From contig CAVRJY010000005.1 of assembly GCA_963721805.1 (NCBI GenBank), positions 1 to 64,000 of the forward strand: a DNA stretch of 64,000 nucleotides. Reading direction: 5' to 3'. Shown here one piece after another: positions 49,697 to 58,132 of the stretch. This stretch comes from Nitrospirota bacterium (GTDB lineage Bacteria > Nitrospirota > Thermodesulfovibrionia > Thermodesulfovibrionales > JdFR-86). The position numbers were made by a program, and so were the translations under genes. Under the pieces are notes generated by a model. It saw nothing but the letters and a program-made list of their open reading frames with translations, ran no database searches and was not told the DNA's origin. Each line of letters starts with the position of its first letter. The first letter of the stretch is position 1.

Positions 49697-49918
49697 TTAC
49701 GTCAGCAGGCTCGCCACAGAGATGTCCTCGTCGATCTCTTCCCAGTGTATGCCGATTCCCCGGCCTATGAGGCGCCATCCGGCGCGCTGGGCCTCGGACG
49801 CGTCACGGAGCCTAGGGAACCACTCGAACGGGACACTTATCTGCCGGCCGTCTAGGAGGCGCACATGCAACATATCGTTATCGAACCATACGGCGTTTGC
49901 TATATGAGCAGTAGACAT
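49697..49918 (-). CDS. DUF2442 domain protein
   Basis: LLDGRQISVPFEWFPRL, GIHWEEIDEDIS. Confidence 0.88.
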   Translation of the reverse strand: MSTAHIANAVWFDNDMLHVRLLDGRQISVPFEWFPRLRDASEAQRAGWRLIGRGIGIHWEEIDEDISVASLLT

Positions 49919-50160
49919 GAGTTGATTATACCACTTCGATTATTGCCGGCCGATTGTCCCCACTCACCGCTGAGCTGTGCCCCCTTCATTAACAATAGTT
50001 AATCGAAAGTTAATAGAAAACGCACAGGGCTCAATTTTTCCTATAACCTTCTGTTTATATATAAACCAAAGTTTGGCATTCTTTAGTGTATAGTGGTGAC
50101 ATGAGCATGATAGAATCATATTTGATGGGCTGGACAGGCGAGGATGCAGGGTTCCGCACT

Positions 50161-50344
50161 TGTTCGGATAAATCGCTAAATACCGCTCTTTTTATCCGAA
50201 CATCCGAACAAGACGGACTCAGTGAAGCTATATATTCCGCAGGGTTAGCCTCGTTTTTGTCTCCAACATCCGAACAAAAAAGGCAAAAACGCGCGCGCAC
50301 GCGCGCGGAATGCGTAACTATACCTAAGCGCGAACGTCCGAACA
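50161..50344. repeat. Cluster of five TCCGAACA octamers
   Basis: One inverted copy (50161) and four direct copies (50195, 50203, 50269, 50337). Confidence 0.7.
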
Positions 50345-50345
50345 C

Positions 50346-50517
50346 GCCTTTGACCTCGTGGGGCGCGGGGGGCCTCCGTAATGTTCTCCCCCCGAAAGCG
50401 CGCCCAAATCGGCTTCAGACAAGGCAGGGCGAGAAGACCGCCCGATGGTGTACTGTGACGTACATAGAGGGCGAGTCCTCGCAGCCCAACGCAGTATCAA
50501 GCGATTTGGCGCGCTTT
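50346..50517 (+). repeat. Dispersed structured repeat, copy M (head type I)
   Basis: GCCTTTGACC head; body nearly identical to copy A. Confidence 0.9.
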
Positions 50518-50559
50518 GCACCTATTGCCAATAACGATTATTTTGAGTACCATATACCC

Positions 50560-51654
50560 ATGGTAATCGGCGTGCCGAAAGAGATCAAGCCCCAGGAGCA
50601 CAGAGTGGCCCTCACGCCCGAGGGCGCGCGCGAACTGGTGCGCGAGGGCCACACAGTGCTGTGCGAGGCCTCGCTCGGCGAGGGCAGCGGATTTCGGGAC
50701 ATGGACTATATCGCGGCGGGCGCGTCGATCGTGCCCAAGGAGGCGGTGTTCGCGGACGCCGCGCTCGTCATCAAGGTCAAGGAGCCGATACCCGAGGAGT
50801 TCCCGTTCCTGCGGCCCGGGCTTGCGCTCTTCACCTTCCTGCACCTCGCGGCCAACACCGCTCTGACGGACACGCTGATGCGGGGCCGCATCACAGCCCT
50901 TGCGTACGAGACGCTCACGCGCGGCGGCCGTTTCCCGCTCCTGATGCCGATGAGCGAGATAGCCGGGCGGATGGCCCCGATCATGGGGGCGCACTACATC
51001 CAGCGCACCTATGGCGGAAGCGGCCTGCTGCCCTCTGGAGTGCCGGGCGTGGCCCCGGCGGGCATGCTCGTATTGGGCTCGGGCGTCGTAGGCTCAAACG
51101 CCGCGCGCGTCGCGGTTGGCCTCGGCATGGACGTGACCGTGCTCGGGCAGGACATCGCCCAGCTTCGCGAGATAGACCGCGAGCACTGTTTCAGGGTCAA
51201 GACGCGCGTGTTCTCGGACGAGGCGCTGGAGGAATGCCTCGCGCTGGCGGACGTCGTGGTAGGCGCGGTGCTCGTAAACGGGGAGCGCGCCCCGGTGCTC
51301 GTACGGCGCTCGATGCTCACTCTCATGAGGCGCGGCGCGGTCGTCGTGGACGTCTCGATAGACCAGGGCGGCTGCTTCGAGTCCTCGCACCCGACCACTC
51401 ACGCCGACCCCGTGTTCGTGGACTCGGGCGTGGTGCACTACTGTGTGGCGAACATGCCGGGCGCGTATCCTCACACCTCGACGCTCGCTCTGACGCATGC
51501 AACGCTGCCGTACATCAGGGCGCTCGCTTCAAAGGGCATAGAGGTCGCGATGAAGAAGGACGCGGAGCTCAGAAGCGCGCTTAACGCCTATGACGGGATG
51601 ATTGCCCACAGGGGGCTTGCGGAGTCGACCGGGCTGCCGTTTACGGAGTTTTAG
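50560..51654 (+). CDS. ald: Alanine dehydrogenase
   Basis: IGVPKEIK, KVKEP, PMSEIAGR, DQGGCFE, VANMPGA; start trimmed to ATG 50560. Confidence 0.95.
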   Translation: MVIGVPKEIKPQEHRVALTPEGARELVREGHTVLCEASLGEGSGFRDMDYIAAGASIVPKEAVFADAALVIKVKEPIPEEFPFLRPGLALFTFLHLAANTALTDTLMRGRITALAYETLTRGGRFPLLMPMSEIAGRMAPIMGAHYIQRTYGGSGLLPSGVPGVAPAGMLVLGSGVVGSNAARVAVGLGMDVTVLGQDIAQLREIDREHCFRVKTRVFSDEALEECLALADVVVGAVLVNGERAPVLVRRSMLTLMRRGAVVVDVSIDQGGCFESSHPTTHADPVFVDSGVVHYCVANMPGAYPHTSTLALTHATLPYIRALASKGIEVAMKKDAELRSALNAYDGMIAHRGLAESTGLPFTEF

Positions 51655-52027
51655 CCGGGTGCTTGCGCTGTAGTTCGGCCAGGGCCTGCAGCCTGCGCAC
51701 ATGCGGGTTTACGGCCAGCACCAGGAGGTTCAGCCCGGAGGATAGCGCGAAGAACAGGCCGGTCAGAAAGAGAGCGAGAGCGGAGCCTGCCATCACCGCG
51801 AAGACGATCCACTTCGAGGCCCATACGAGCGCCCCGCCCTGGATCTTGAACTTGTAGAGGTAGTAGAGGTCGGGCTTGCCTGTCCACAGCACGTAGGCGA
51901 GCGAGGTCGAGAGTATCGCCGAGACGAGCATCGCCGCGGCGTCGCGGGCGAATATCCATACGTAGATCCCGCCGAGGCTGTGCCCGGCGGCCGCCTGCTT
52001 GAGCCTGCGCTTTATGCGGTCTTTCAT
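51641..52027 (-). CDS. Hypothetical membrane protein
   Basis: Two hydrophobic segments; follows nadE. Confidence 0.55.
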   Translation of the reverse strand: MKDRIKRRLKQAAAGHSLGGIYVWIFARDAAAMLVSAILSTSLAYVLWTGKPDLYYLYKFKIQGGALVWASKWIVFAVMAGSALALFLTGLFFALSSGLNLLVLAVNPHVRRLQALAELQRKHPAKTP

Positions 52028-52031
52028 CTGG

Positions 52032-53762
52032 TTACGAGCCCTCTCCCCGGTATCCGTTCGTGATCGGCATGCGCCGGTCTTTGCCGAACGCGCGCTGCGT
52101 GATCTTGATCCCCGGCGGCGACTGCCTTCGCTTGTACTCCGAGCGGTCGACCATCCGCACCACGCGCCTTATTATATCCTGAGGCGCGCCGGTCTGGCCA
52201 GCTATCTCGTCCATGCCGCGCTCCTGCTCGACGTAGGCGCGCAGGATCGGGTCCAGCACGTCATAGGGCGGGAGGCTGTCGGTGTCGAGCTGGCCGGGGC
52301 GGAGCTCCGCGGTCGGCTCGCGCGTGAGGACGCGCTGGGGTATCACGTCCGACTGGGCGTTGCGCCAGCGCGCGAGGCGGTATACCATCGTCTTGGGGAC
52401 GTCCTTGATCACCGCGAACCCGCCTGCCATGTCGCCGTAGAGCGTGGCGTACCCCACGCTCATCTCGGATTTGTTGCCGGTCGTGAGCACGAGCGAGCCG
52501 GTCTTGTTCGAGACGGCCATCAGGAGGTTGCCCCTGATGCGGGCTTGGAGGTTCTCCTCGGCCGTGTCGGGCTTCATGCCCCTGAAGGCGTCCGCGAGCG
52601 CCGCGTCGTATGAGCGGAAGACCGGGTCTATCGGGATCGTCAGGAGTTTAAGCTTGAGCGACCGGCAGAGCGCGACGCTGTCGTCGCGGCTCATCTTCGA
52701 GGTATAGCGCGAGGGCATGAAGATGCATGTGATGTTCTCCGGCCCGAGCGCGTCGGCGGCTATCGCAGCGACGAGGGCGGAGTCCACCCCGCCGCTTAAC
52801 CCTATGAGCGCGCCCTTGAAGCGGTTTTTGCGGACGTAGTCGCGCAGCCCGAGCACGAGCGCGGCATAGACCTCCTCGTCGTCCGGCATCGGCTCCGGCA
52901 TAGGCGCGGGCTTTGAGGCGGGCTTGCGCTTTCTGGGCTTGAAGTCTACGTCCACGGGCTCAGCGCTCGGGGCGGCCTCGGCCTGCTTGCGGCGGCGGGG
53001 GTCCATGAGGCGGCGCATGAAGACTCCGTCGAGATCGAGGTCAGCGACGAGCAGGCCTTCCCTGAACTGTGGCCCGCGGCTGATGACCTCGCCCTGCTCG
53101 TTTAAGATCATGCTCGCGCCGTCGAAGACGAGCTCGTCCTGGCCGCCAACCATGTTTAGGTATGCGACCACGACCGAGCTGTCGGTCGCGCGCGTGCGGA
53201 GCATCGCCTCGCGCTCGGCAAGCTTGCCGATTGAGTACGGCGATGCGTTTATGTTGATGATGAGCTCCGCGCCCGCGACGGCCTGCATGCGGTGCGGCCC
53301 CTCGGGATACCAGATGTCCTCGCAGATCGTTATGCCGACCAGGACCTCGCCGATGCGGAAGACCGTCGGCGCGCATCCGGGCTTGAAGTACCTGAACTCG
53401 TCGAAGACCCCGTAGTTGGGCAGGTGGGCCTTGCGGTATGTGCCGGCTAGGTGGCCGCCCGTGAGCACAGCGGCCGAGTTATAGATGTCCACGTCGCGCT
53501 CGACGAACCCGACGACCGTGACGATCCCCTTGGGCACGGCCTTGCGCACCGCATCGAGCGCGAGGAGGTTGTCCTCGATGAAGCCCTGCTTCAGGAGCAG
53601 GTCCTCGGGCGGATAGCCGGTAATCGCGAGTTCGGGGAACGCGACCACGTCCGCGCCGAGGCCATGGGCCTCCTTTATCAAGGCAACTATCTGCCGAGCA
53701 TTCCCCGCGAGGTCGCCTACCGTGGGGTTCGTCTGCGCGAGCGCGAGCCTTAGCGTCTTCAT
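52032..53762 (-). CDS. nadE: Glutamine-dependent NAD+ synthetase
   Basis: Nitrilase domain (FPEL, ICEDIW), LSGGVDS, ENLQARIRG, TGNKSE, EYKRRQ; start trimmed to ATG 53762. Confidence 0.96.
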   Translation of the reverse strand: MKTLRLALAQTNPTVGDLAGNARQIVALIKEAHGLGADVVAFPELAITGYPPEDLLLKQGFIEDNLLALDAVRKAVPKGIVTVVGFVERDVDIYNSAAVLTGGHLAGTYRKAHLPNYGVFDEFRYFKPGCAPTVFRIGEVLVGITICEDIWYPEGPHRMQAVAGAELIININASPYSIGKLAEREAMLRTRATDSSVVVAYLNMVGGQDELVFDGASMILNEQGEVISRGPQFREGLLVADLDLDGVFMRRLMDPRRRKQAEAAPSAEPVDVDFKPRKRKPASKPAPMPEPMPDDEEVYAALVLGLRDYVRKNRFKGALIGLSGGVDSALVAAIAADALGPENITCIFMPSRYTSKMSRDDSVALCRSLKLKLLTIPIDPVFRSYDAALADAFRGMKPDTAEENLQARIRGNLLMAVSNKTGSLVLTTGNKSEMSVGYATLYGDMAGGFAVIKDVPKTMVYRLARWRNAQSDVIPQRVLTREPTAELRPGQLDTDSLPPYDVLDPILRAYVEQERGMDEIAGQTGAPQDIIRRVVRMVDRSEYKRRQSPPGIKITQRAFGKDRRMPITNGYRGEGS

Positions 53763-53823
53763 TGGGTTATAATATCCGACGCCCGGCGCTTTGTAAAGCC
53801 GCAGGCGGCAAGGAGGGCGCGGC

Positions 53824-54708
53824 GTGGAGCTGCTCGACGTGGTGTTTTCGGTCTCGGGCGTCAAGACCAACATACTCCTGCCGCCGCTGGTCGCGATGGC
53901 GATATCGTTTTTCACCTCGATGGGCGGCGTGTCGGGCGCGTTTCTGCTCCTGCCGTTTCAGATGAGCGTGCTTGGGTACACGAGCCCCTCGGTGAGTTCC
54001 ACTAACTTCGTCTATAACATCGTCGCGATCCCAAGCGGGGTCTACCGTTTTATACGCGAGGGCAGGATGTTCTGGCCGCTTACGATGGTGATAATCCTCG
54101 GCACCCTGCCCGGCGTATTCATCGGATATTACGTCCGCGTGCTGTGGCTCCCGGACCCCAGGCGGTTCATGGCGTTCGCGGGCTGGGTGCTCTTATACAT
54201 CGGCGGCAGGCTCGCATACGGCCTTATCAGGGAGCGCGCGACTATGCCTGTCGCGATACCGCCCAGGGGCTCGGTCGTTACCCCGGTCTCGGTAAGGCTG
54301 CGGCGCGTGGAGTTCGATTTCCTCGGGGAGCGCCACGGCTTCAGCACGATAGGGATGTTCATGCTCGCGCTGGTGGTCGGAGTGATCGGCGGGACGTACG
54401 GCATCGGCGGGGGCGCGATCATCGCGCCGTTTTGCGTCGCGATATTCGGGCTCCCGGTATACGCGGTGGCAGGGGCGGCGCTCATGGGCACGCTTATCAC
54501 CTCGGTCGCGGGGGTCGCATTCTATAGCATCATACCCTCGGCCCAGAACACCCAGCCTGACTGGGCATTAGGCGCTTTATTCGGCGCGGGCGGGTTCGTG
54601 GGGGTATATCTCGGCGCAAGATGCCAGAGGTTTGTGCCCCAGCGCTACATCAAGATCATGCTCACCCTTGTCCTCCTCGGTCTCGCGGCGAAGTATTTGC
54701 TAAGGTAG
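53824..54708 (+). CDS. TauE/SafE family sulfite exporter
   Basis: GGVSGAFLLLP and YGIGGGAIIAP repeats; many TM helices. Confidence 0.88.
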   Translation: MELLDVVFSVSGVKTNILLPPLVAMAISFFTSMGGVSGAFLLLPFQMSVLGYTSPSVSSTNFVYNIVAIPSGVYRFIREGRMFWPLTMVIILGTLPGVFIGYYVRVLWLPDPRRFMAFAGWVLLYIGGRLAYGLIRERATMPVAIPPRGSVVTPVSVRLRRVEFDFLGERHGFSTIGMFMLALVVGVIGGTYGIGGGAIIAPFCVAIFGLPVYAVAGAALMGTLITSVAGVAFYSIIPSAQNTQPDWALGALFGAGGFVGVYLGARCQRFVPQRYIKIMLTLVLLGLAAKYLLR

Positions 54709-54726
54709 GGTACTGACGCTTTTTGG

Positions 54727-54884
54727 AAAGTCGCACTAAATCGCGTGATACTGCGTCGCGAGTCAAAAATCGCCCTCGGAGTACATCCCAGTACACCATC
54801 GGGCGGTCTTCTCGCCGCTCCTAGTCTGACGCGATTTATCGCGCTTTGGTGTAGCCTCGCATAATCGCGCGAGCGGTCAACGGC
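54727..54884 (-). repeat. Dispersed structured repeat, copy N (head type II)
   Basis: Reverse full copy. Confidence 0.9.
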
Positions 54885-55027
54885 ATTTATTAGAGCATCC
54901 CAGCCGCTGCCCCTCGGACTGGCGATGAAATATTTCATGAGATAAAATCCGCTCGCGATGTTTTGAAAAATATTGTATTATTCATCATCCTTGCGAGTTG
55001 AGCAAATTTTGTATCTAAAGGGGTTTA

Positions 55028-55627
55028 TTGGAGGTTAATCCGATGGAACTAAAATTAAAAGATATGTATAGCTATCTGCTCTCACATACTTTCCCGGGGT
55101 TATTTTTTGGGATAGAGATAATGTTTATATTCAAATGGTTTATGAACGTCGATTTGATATCACCAATCATTATTGAATTTACAAAGCCTGACAATGCAGG
55201 CATCGTCATTGCAGTGGTTGTTCTCTCATATGCTTTTTCCACACTATTGGGTTTCGTACTCGACGGTATCCATCATTTTGTATATGAAGATTTCATGCGA
55301 AAATTCGATGGATATAAAGATGACGATATTTTTGCTGCTATAAATACAATTGAGCGGATGCAAATATACCAACATTTCGTTGAAGATGATTACTGGTACC
55401 CCTATGAAGCATATGCAAATATTAGCATTGCAATGTTGCCTGGCCTTTTTTTATTGACATACAAGCTAATTAATTTAGGGATTACGTGGTGGATCATCTG
55501 CTTATTTACTATCGTATATATTTTAATCCTCTATATTATGTTTTATGAAGCAAAATGCACATATGAATGCTGCTGCGATAGAGAAGAACAAATAATTAAA
55601 AATTTTAGCAATGATAAGAAAGAATAA
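55028..55627 (+). CDS. Hypothetical membrane protein (low GC)
   Basis: About four TM segments; GGAGG RBS favours ATG 55043. Confidence 0.7.
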   Translation: MEVNPMELKLKDMYSYLLSHTFPGLFFGIEIMFIFKWFMNVDLISPIIIEFTKPDNAGIVIAVVVLSYAFSTLLGFVLDGIHHFVYEDFMRKFDGYKDDDIFAAINTIERMQIYQHFVEDDYWYPYEAYANISIAMLPGLFLLTYKLINLGITWWIICLFTIVYILILYIMFYEAKCTYECCCDREEQIIKNFSNDKKE

Positions 55628-55651
55628 TGGCATTTTTACAGAGAACGATGA

Positions 55652-56167
55652 ATGGTTAAAATAGAAGTGGTCAAACAATTTGATGAGCAAACATTGAAAG
55701 ATATCTTATTTATCCTAAGAGATTCTTTCCCATTACAATGGCGGTATGATGATGATTATACCTATTACAAATCAATGTTAAACAATAAAATGAACATACA
55801 TCTTTTTCTAATAGTTGATGGTAGGAGAGTTGGTTATTTACATGCAATCCCTCATGTTGATGCGGCAGATGAATTGAAAGAAGATGATCCAGAAATGCGA
55901 CCCGACTCTTCAATGTATTATATTGAAGTCGTAGGAATACGTTCCGAATACCGAGGCAGAAAAGGTTTTACGCTCATGCTTGAAGCATTAAAGCATGAAT
56001 GCAGATTAAGAGGCATAAGCAAAATATCGTTGCATGCAAGGGTTCACACTAATTTTAGCGAGATTATTCAACATAAACTAAATGTCGATACTATAAGAAG
56101 GGTTGAGAAATGGAAACATTACAATTTTGAAGAACCTACTGATTATATTGAGGCATCTTTCTATTAA
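55652..56167 (+). CDS. GNAT family N-acetyltransferase (low GC)
   Basis: YYIEVVGIRSEYRGRKG acetyl-CoA motif, ISLHA. Confidence 0.75.
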   Translation: MVKIEVVKQFDEQTLKDILFILRDSFPLQWRYDDDYTYYKSMLNNKMNIHLFLIVDGRRVGYLHAIPHVDAADELKEDDPEMRPDSSMYYIEVVGIRSEYRGRKGFTLMLEALKHECRLRGISKISLHARVHTNFSEIIQHKLNVDTIRRVEKWKHYNFEEPTDYIEASFY

Positions 56168-56232
56168 TTACACCAACCGATGAGTTCTTCGACACTTGAG
56201 TCCACCGGCACCCATGATAATCTCTAATTAAT

Positions 56233-56405
56233 GCCGTTGACCTTGGGGTGCGGGGTCCAGCGGCTGGATCGCATAACCCCGAAAGCGCGCCCAAATCGTC
56301 TTCAGACAAGGAAACGGCGAGGAAAACGTCCGATGGTGTACTGAGACGTACATCGAGGACGGATTTCCGAGACGTGACGCAGTATCAAGCGATTTGGAGC
56401 GCTTT
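56233..56405 (+). repeat. Dispersed structured repeat, copy O (head type I)
   Basis: Full copy. Confidence 0.9.
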
Positions 56406-56420
56406 GAAGAAGGCACCAGA

Positions 56421-56708
56421 CTAGTTGAACTGCACTCCCACGCGGTAGAGGTTGGAGGTTAGGCGCGAGGTCCACATCACCTGCGCCGTACACGGACAGT
56501 GCATGATCTCGGCGCTCGTGATCTCGATCTCGGTGCCCGCCTGCAGCGGGACGGAAGTGAACAGGCCCGCGCCGTTACGGCTCAGGTTGGTCGTAACGGC
56601 CGAGCAGGTGTCATACTCCGTGCGGCCGTAAACGCTCTTAAGGTAAGCGTAGTCGATCGTAACGCTGTAGAAATCGCGCCTGTCAGTCCTCTTGTCAGAT
56701 GCCGCCAT
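56421..56708 (-). CDS. PilZ domain protein
   Basis: RxxxR (RTDRR) and NLSxxG, GVQF. Confidence 0.85.
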   Translation of the reverse strand: MAASDKRTDRRDFYSVTIDYAYLKSVYGRTEYDTCSAVTTNLSRNGAGLFTSVPLQAGTEIEITSAEIMHCPCTAQVMWTSRLTSNLYRVGVQFN

Positions 56709-56851
56709 GCATCTCTCCCTCGCGCCTGCCCGTGAAACCCCCTAGGCCAGGCACCATTAAAATACACCTTTCATGCCGTATAGGCAAATTAAATATATTT
56801 ATGAGAGCGATCCGCCGCGCCTATGGGCCGGGTGGCTTATAATAATGAACG

Positions 56852-58054
56852 ATGTTGGATGCCTTGAAGCTCATGGCCGTATTCGCGGCGGTGGTCGCGC
56901 TGCTGCGCTACAAGGTCCCCGTAGGGCTCTCGATGCTCGGCGGCGCGCTCCTGATGGCGCTGCTCTACGCGATGCCGCCGGGCGCGATCATGGACGCAGC
57001 GCGGGTCGCATTCATAGGCAGGACGACGTTTGAGTTCCTGGGGGCGCTGATGCTGATCCGCGTGCTGGAGCAGGTGATGAGGGAGCGCGAGCTGCTGGCG
57101 CGGATGATGTCGGCCTCGCGCGCGTATCTCATAAGCCGGAGGGCCGGGATCGTCGCGATGCCCATCCTGATCGGGCTTCTGCCCTCTGTAGGCGGGGCGT
57201 ATTTCTCGGCCCCGATGGTCGAGGAGTCGACGGCCGGCACGGGGATGACGGCCGAGGAGAAGGGGTTTATCAACTTCTGGTTCCGCCACATATGGGAGCC
57301 GACGCTGCCGCTCTATCCGGGCCTGCTGCTCGCGACCGCGGTCTCGGGGCTGCCGCTGCGCACGCTCGTCGCGGCCAACACCGGCGTGACCCTCGTGATC
57401 CTCATAACCGGCTTCGTCTTCAGCATGCGCGACCTGCGGGGGCTCCGCGCCGAGGCCGCAACGCGCAACCCGCGCGAGCTCTGGAGCTTCCTGCCCCTGG
57501 TCGCGATACTCGTTATGGTGATGGCGTTTAACGTGACGCTCTATATCGCGATGGCCGTGGCCATAGCGGGGCTTTACGCCGTATGCCGCATGAGCTGGCG
57601 CGAGATAGGCCGCTCGCTGCGCGCCGGGCTGTCGTGGGAGCTGGTGGCGCTGATCTGGGGCGTGATGTTCTTTAAGGCCGTGATGGAGGGCTCCGGGGCG
57701 GTGGGGGGCATGAGCGCGTCGTTCGCGGGGGCCGGGATACCGCTATGGGCCGCGCTCGCGGTGCTGCCGTTTCTGACAGGGCTGTTGACCGGCTTCACCA
57801 TCGGATTCGTCGGCGCGACCTTCCCGCTCCTGCTGAGCCTGCCCGGCGGGGGCTCGGTTGCGGCCGTGAGCTTCGCCTTCGCGTGCGGGTACATAGGGGT
57901 GCTGCTCTCGCCCGTGCATATATGCTTCGTGCTCACGCGCGACTATTTCAAGGCGGACCTCGGCGGCAGCTACAGGATGATGCTCCTGCCTCTGGTGCTC
58001 GTCGCGGCATACTCAGCCGCGCAGTACGCGGCGCTCTCGCTCTGGATGCGATAG
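56852..58054 (+). CDS. DUF401 family membrane protein
   Basis: GLLPSVGGAYFSAP, NFWFRHIWE, LSPVHIC. Confidence 0.85.
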   Translation: MLDALKLMAVFAAVVALLRYKVPVGLSMLGGALLMALLYAMPPGAIMDAARVAFIGRTTFEFLGALMLIRVLEQVMRERELLARMMSASRAYLISRRAGIVAMPILIGLLPSVGGAYFSAPMVEESTAGTGMTAEEKGFINFWFRHIWEPTLPLYPGLLLATAVSGLPLRTLVAANTGVTLVILITGFVFSMRDLRGLRAEAATRNPRELWSFLPLVAILVMVMAFNVTLYIAMAVAIAGLYAVCRMSWREIGRSLRAGLSWELVALIWGVMFFKAVMEGSGAVGGMSASFAGAGIPLWAALAVLPFLTGLLTGFTIGFVGATFPLLLSLPGGGSVAAVSFAFACGYIGVLLSPVHICFVLTRDYFKADLGGSYRMMLLPLVLVAAYSAAQYAALSLWMR

Positions 58055-58132
58055 CGCACGCATCTTGACACATCGACTGCGGTTACTATACTTTAGAAGT
58101 TTGGGGGAGAATGATTACGGAGGATTGCACTG

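Noticed and set aside
50086..50559. 158-aa N-terminal extension of alanine dehydrogenase
   Set aside because: It spans the octamer cluster and repeat M; Ald homology starts at MVIGVPKE.
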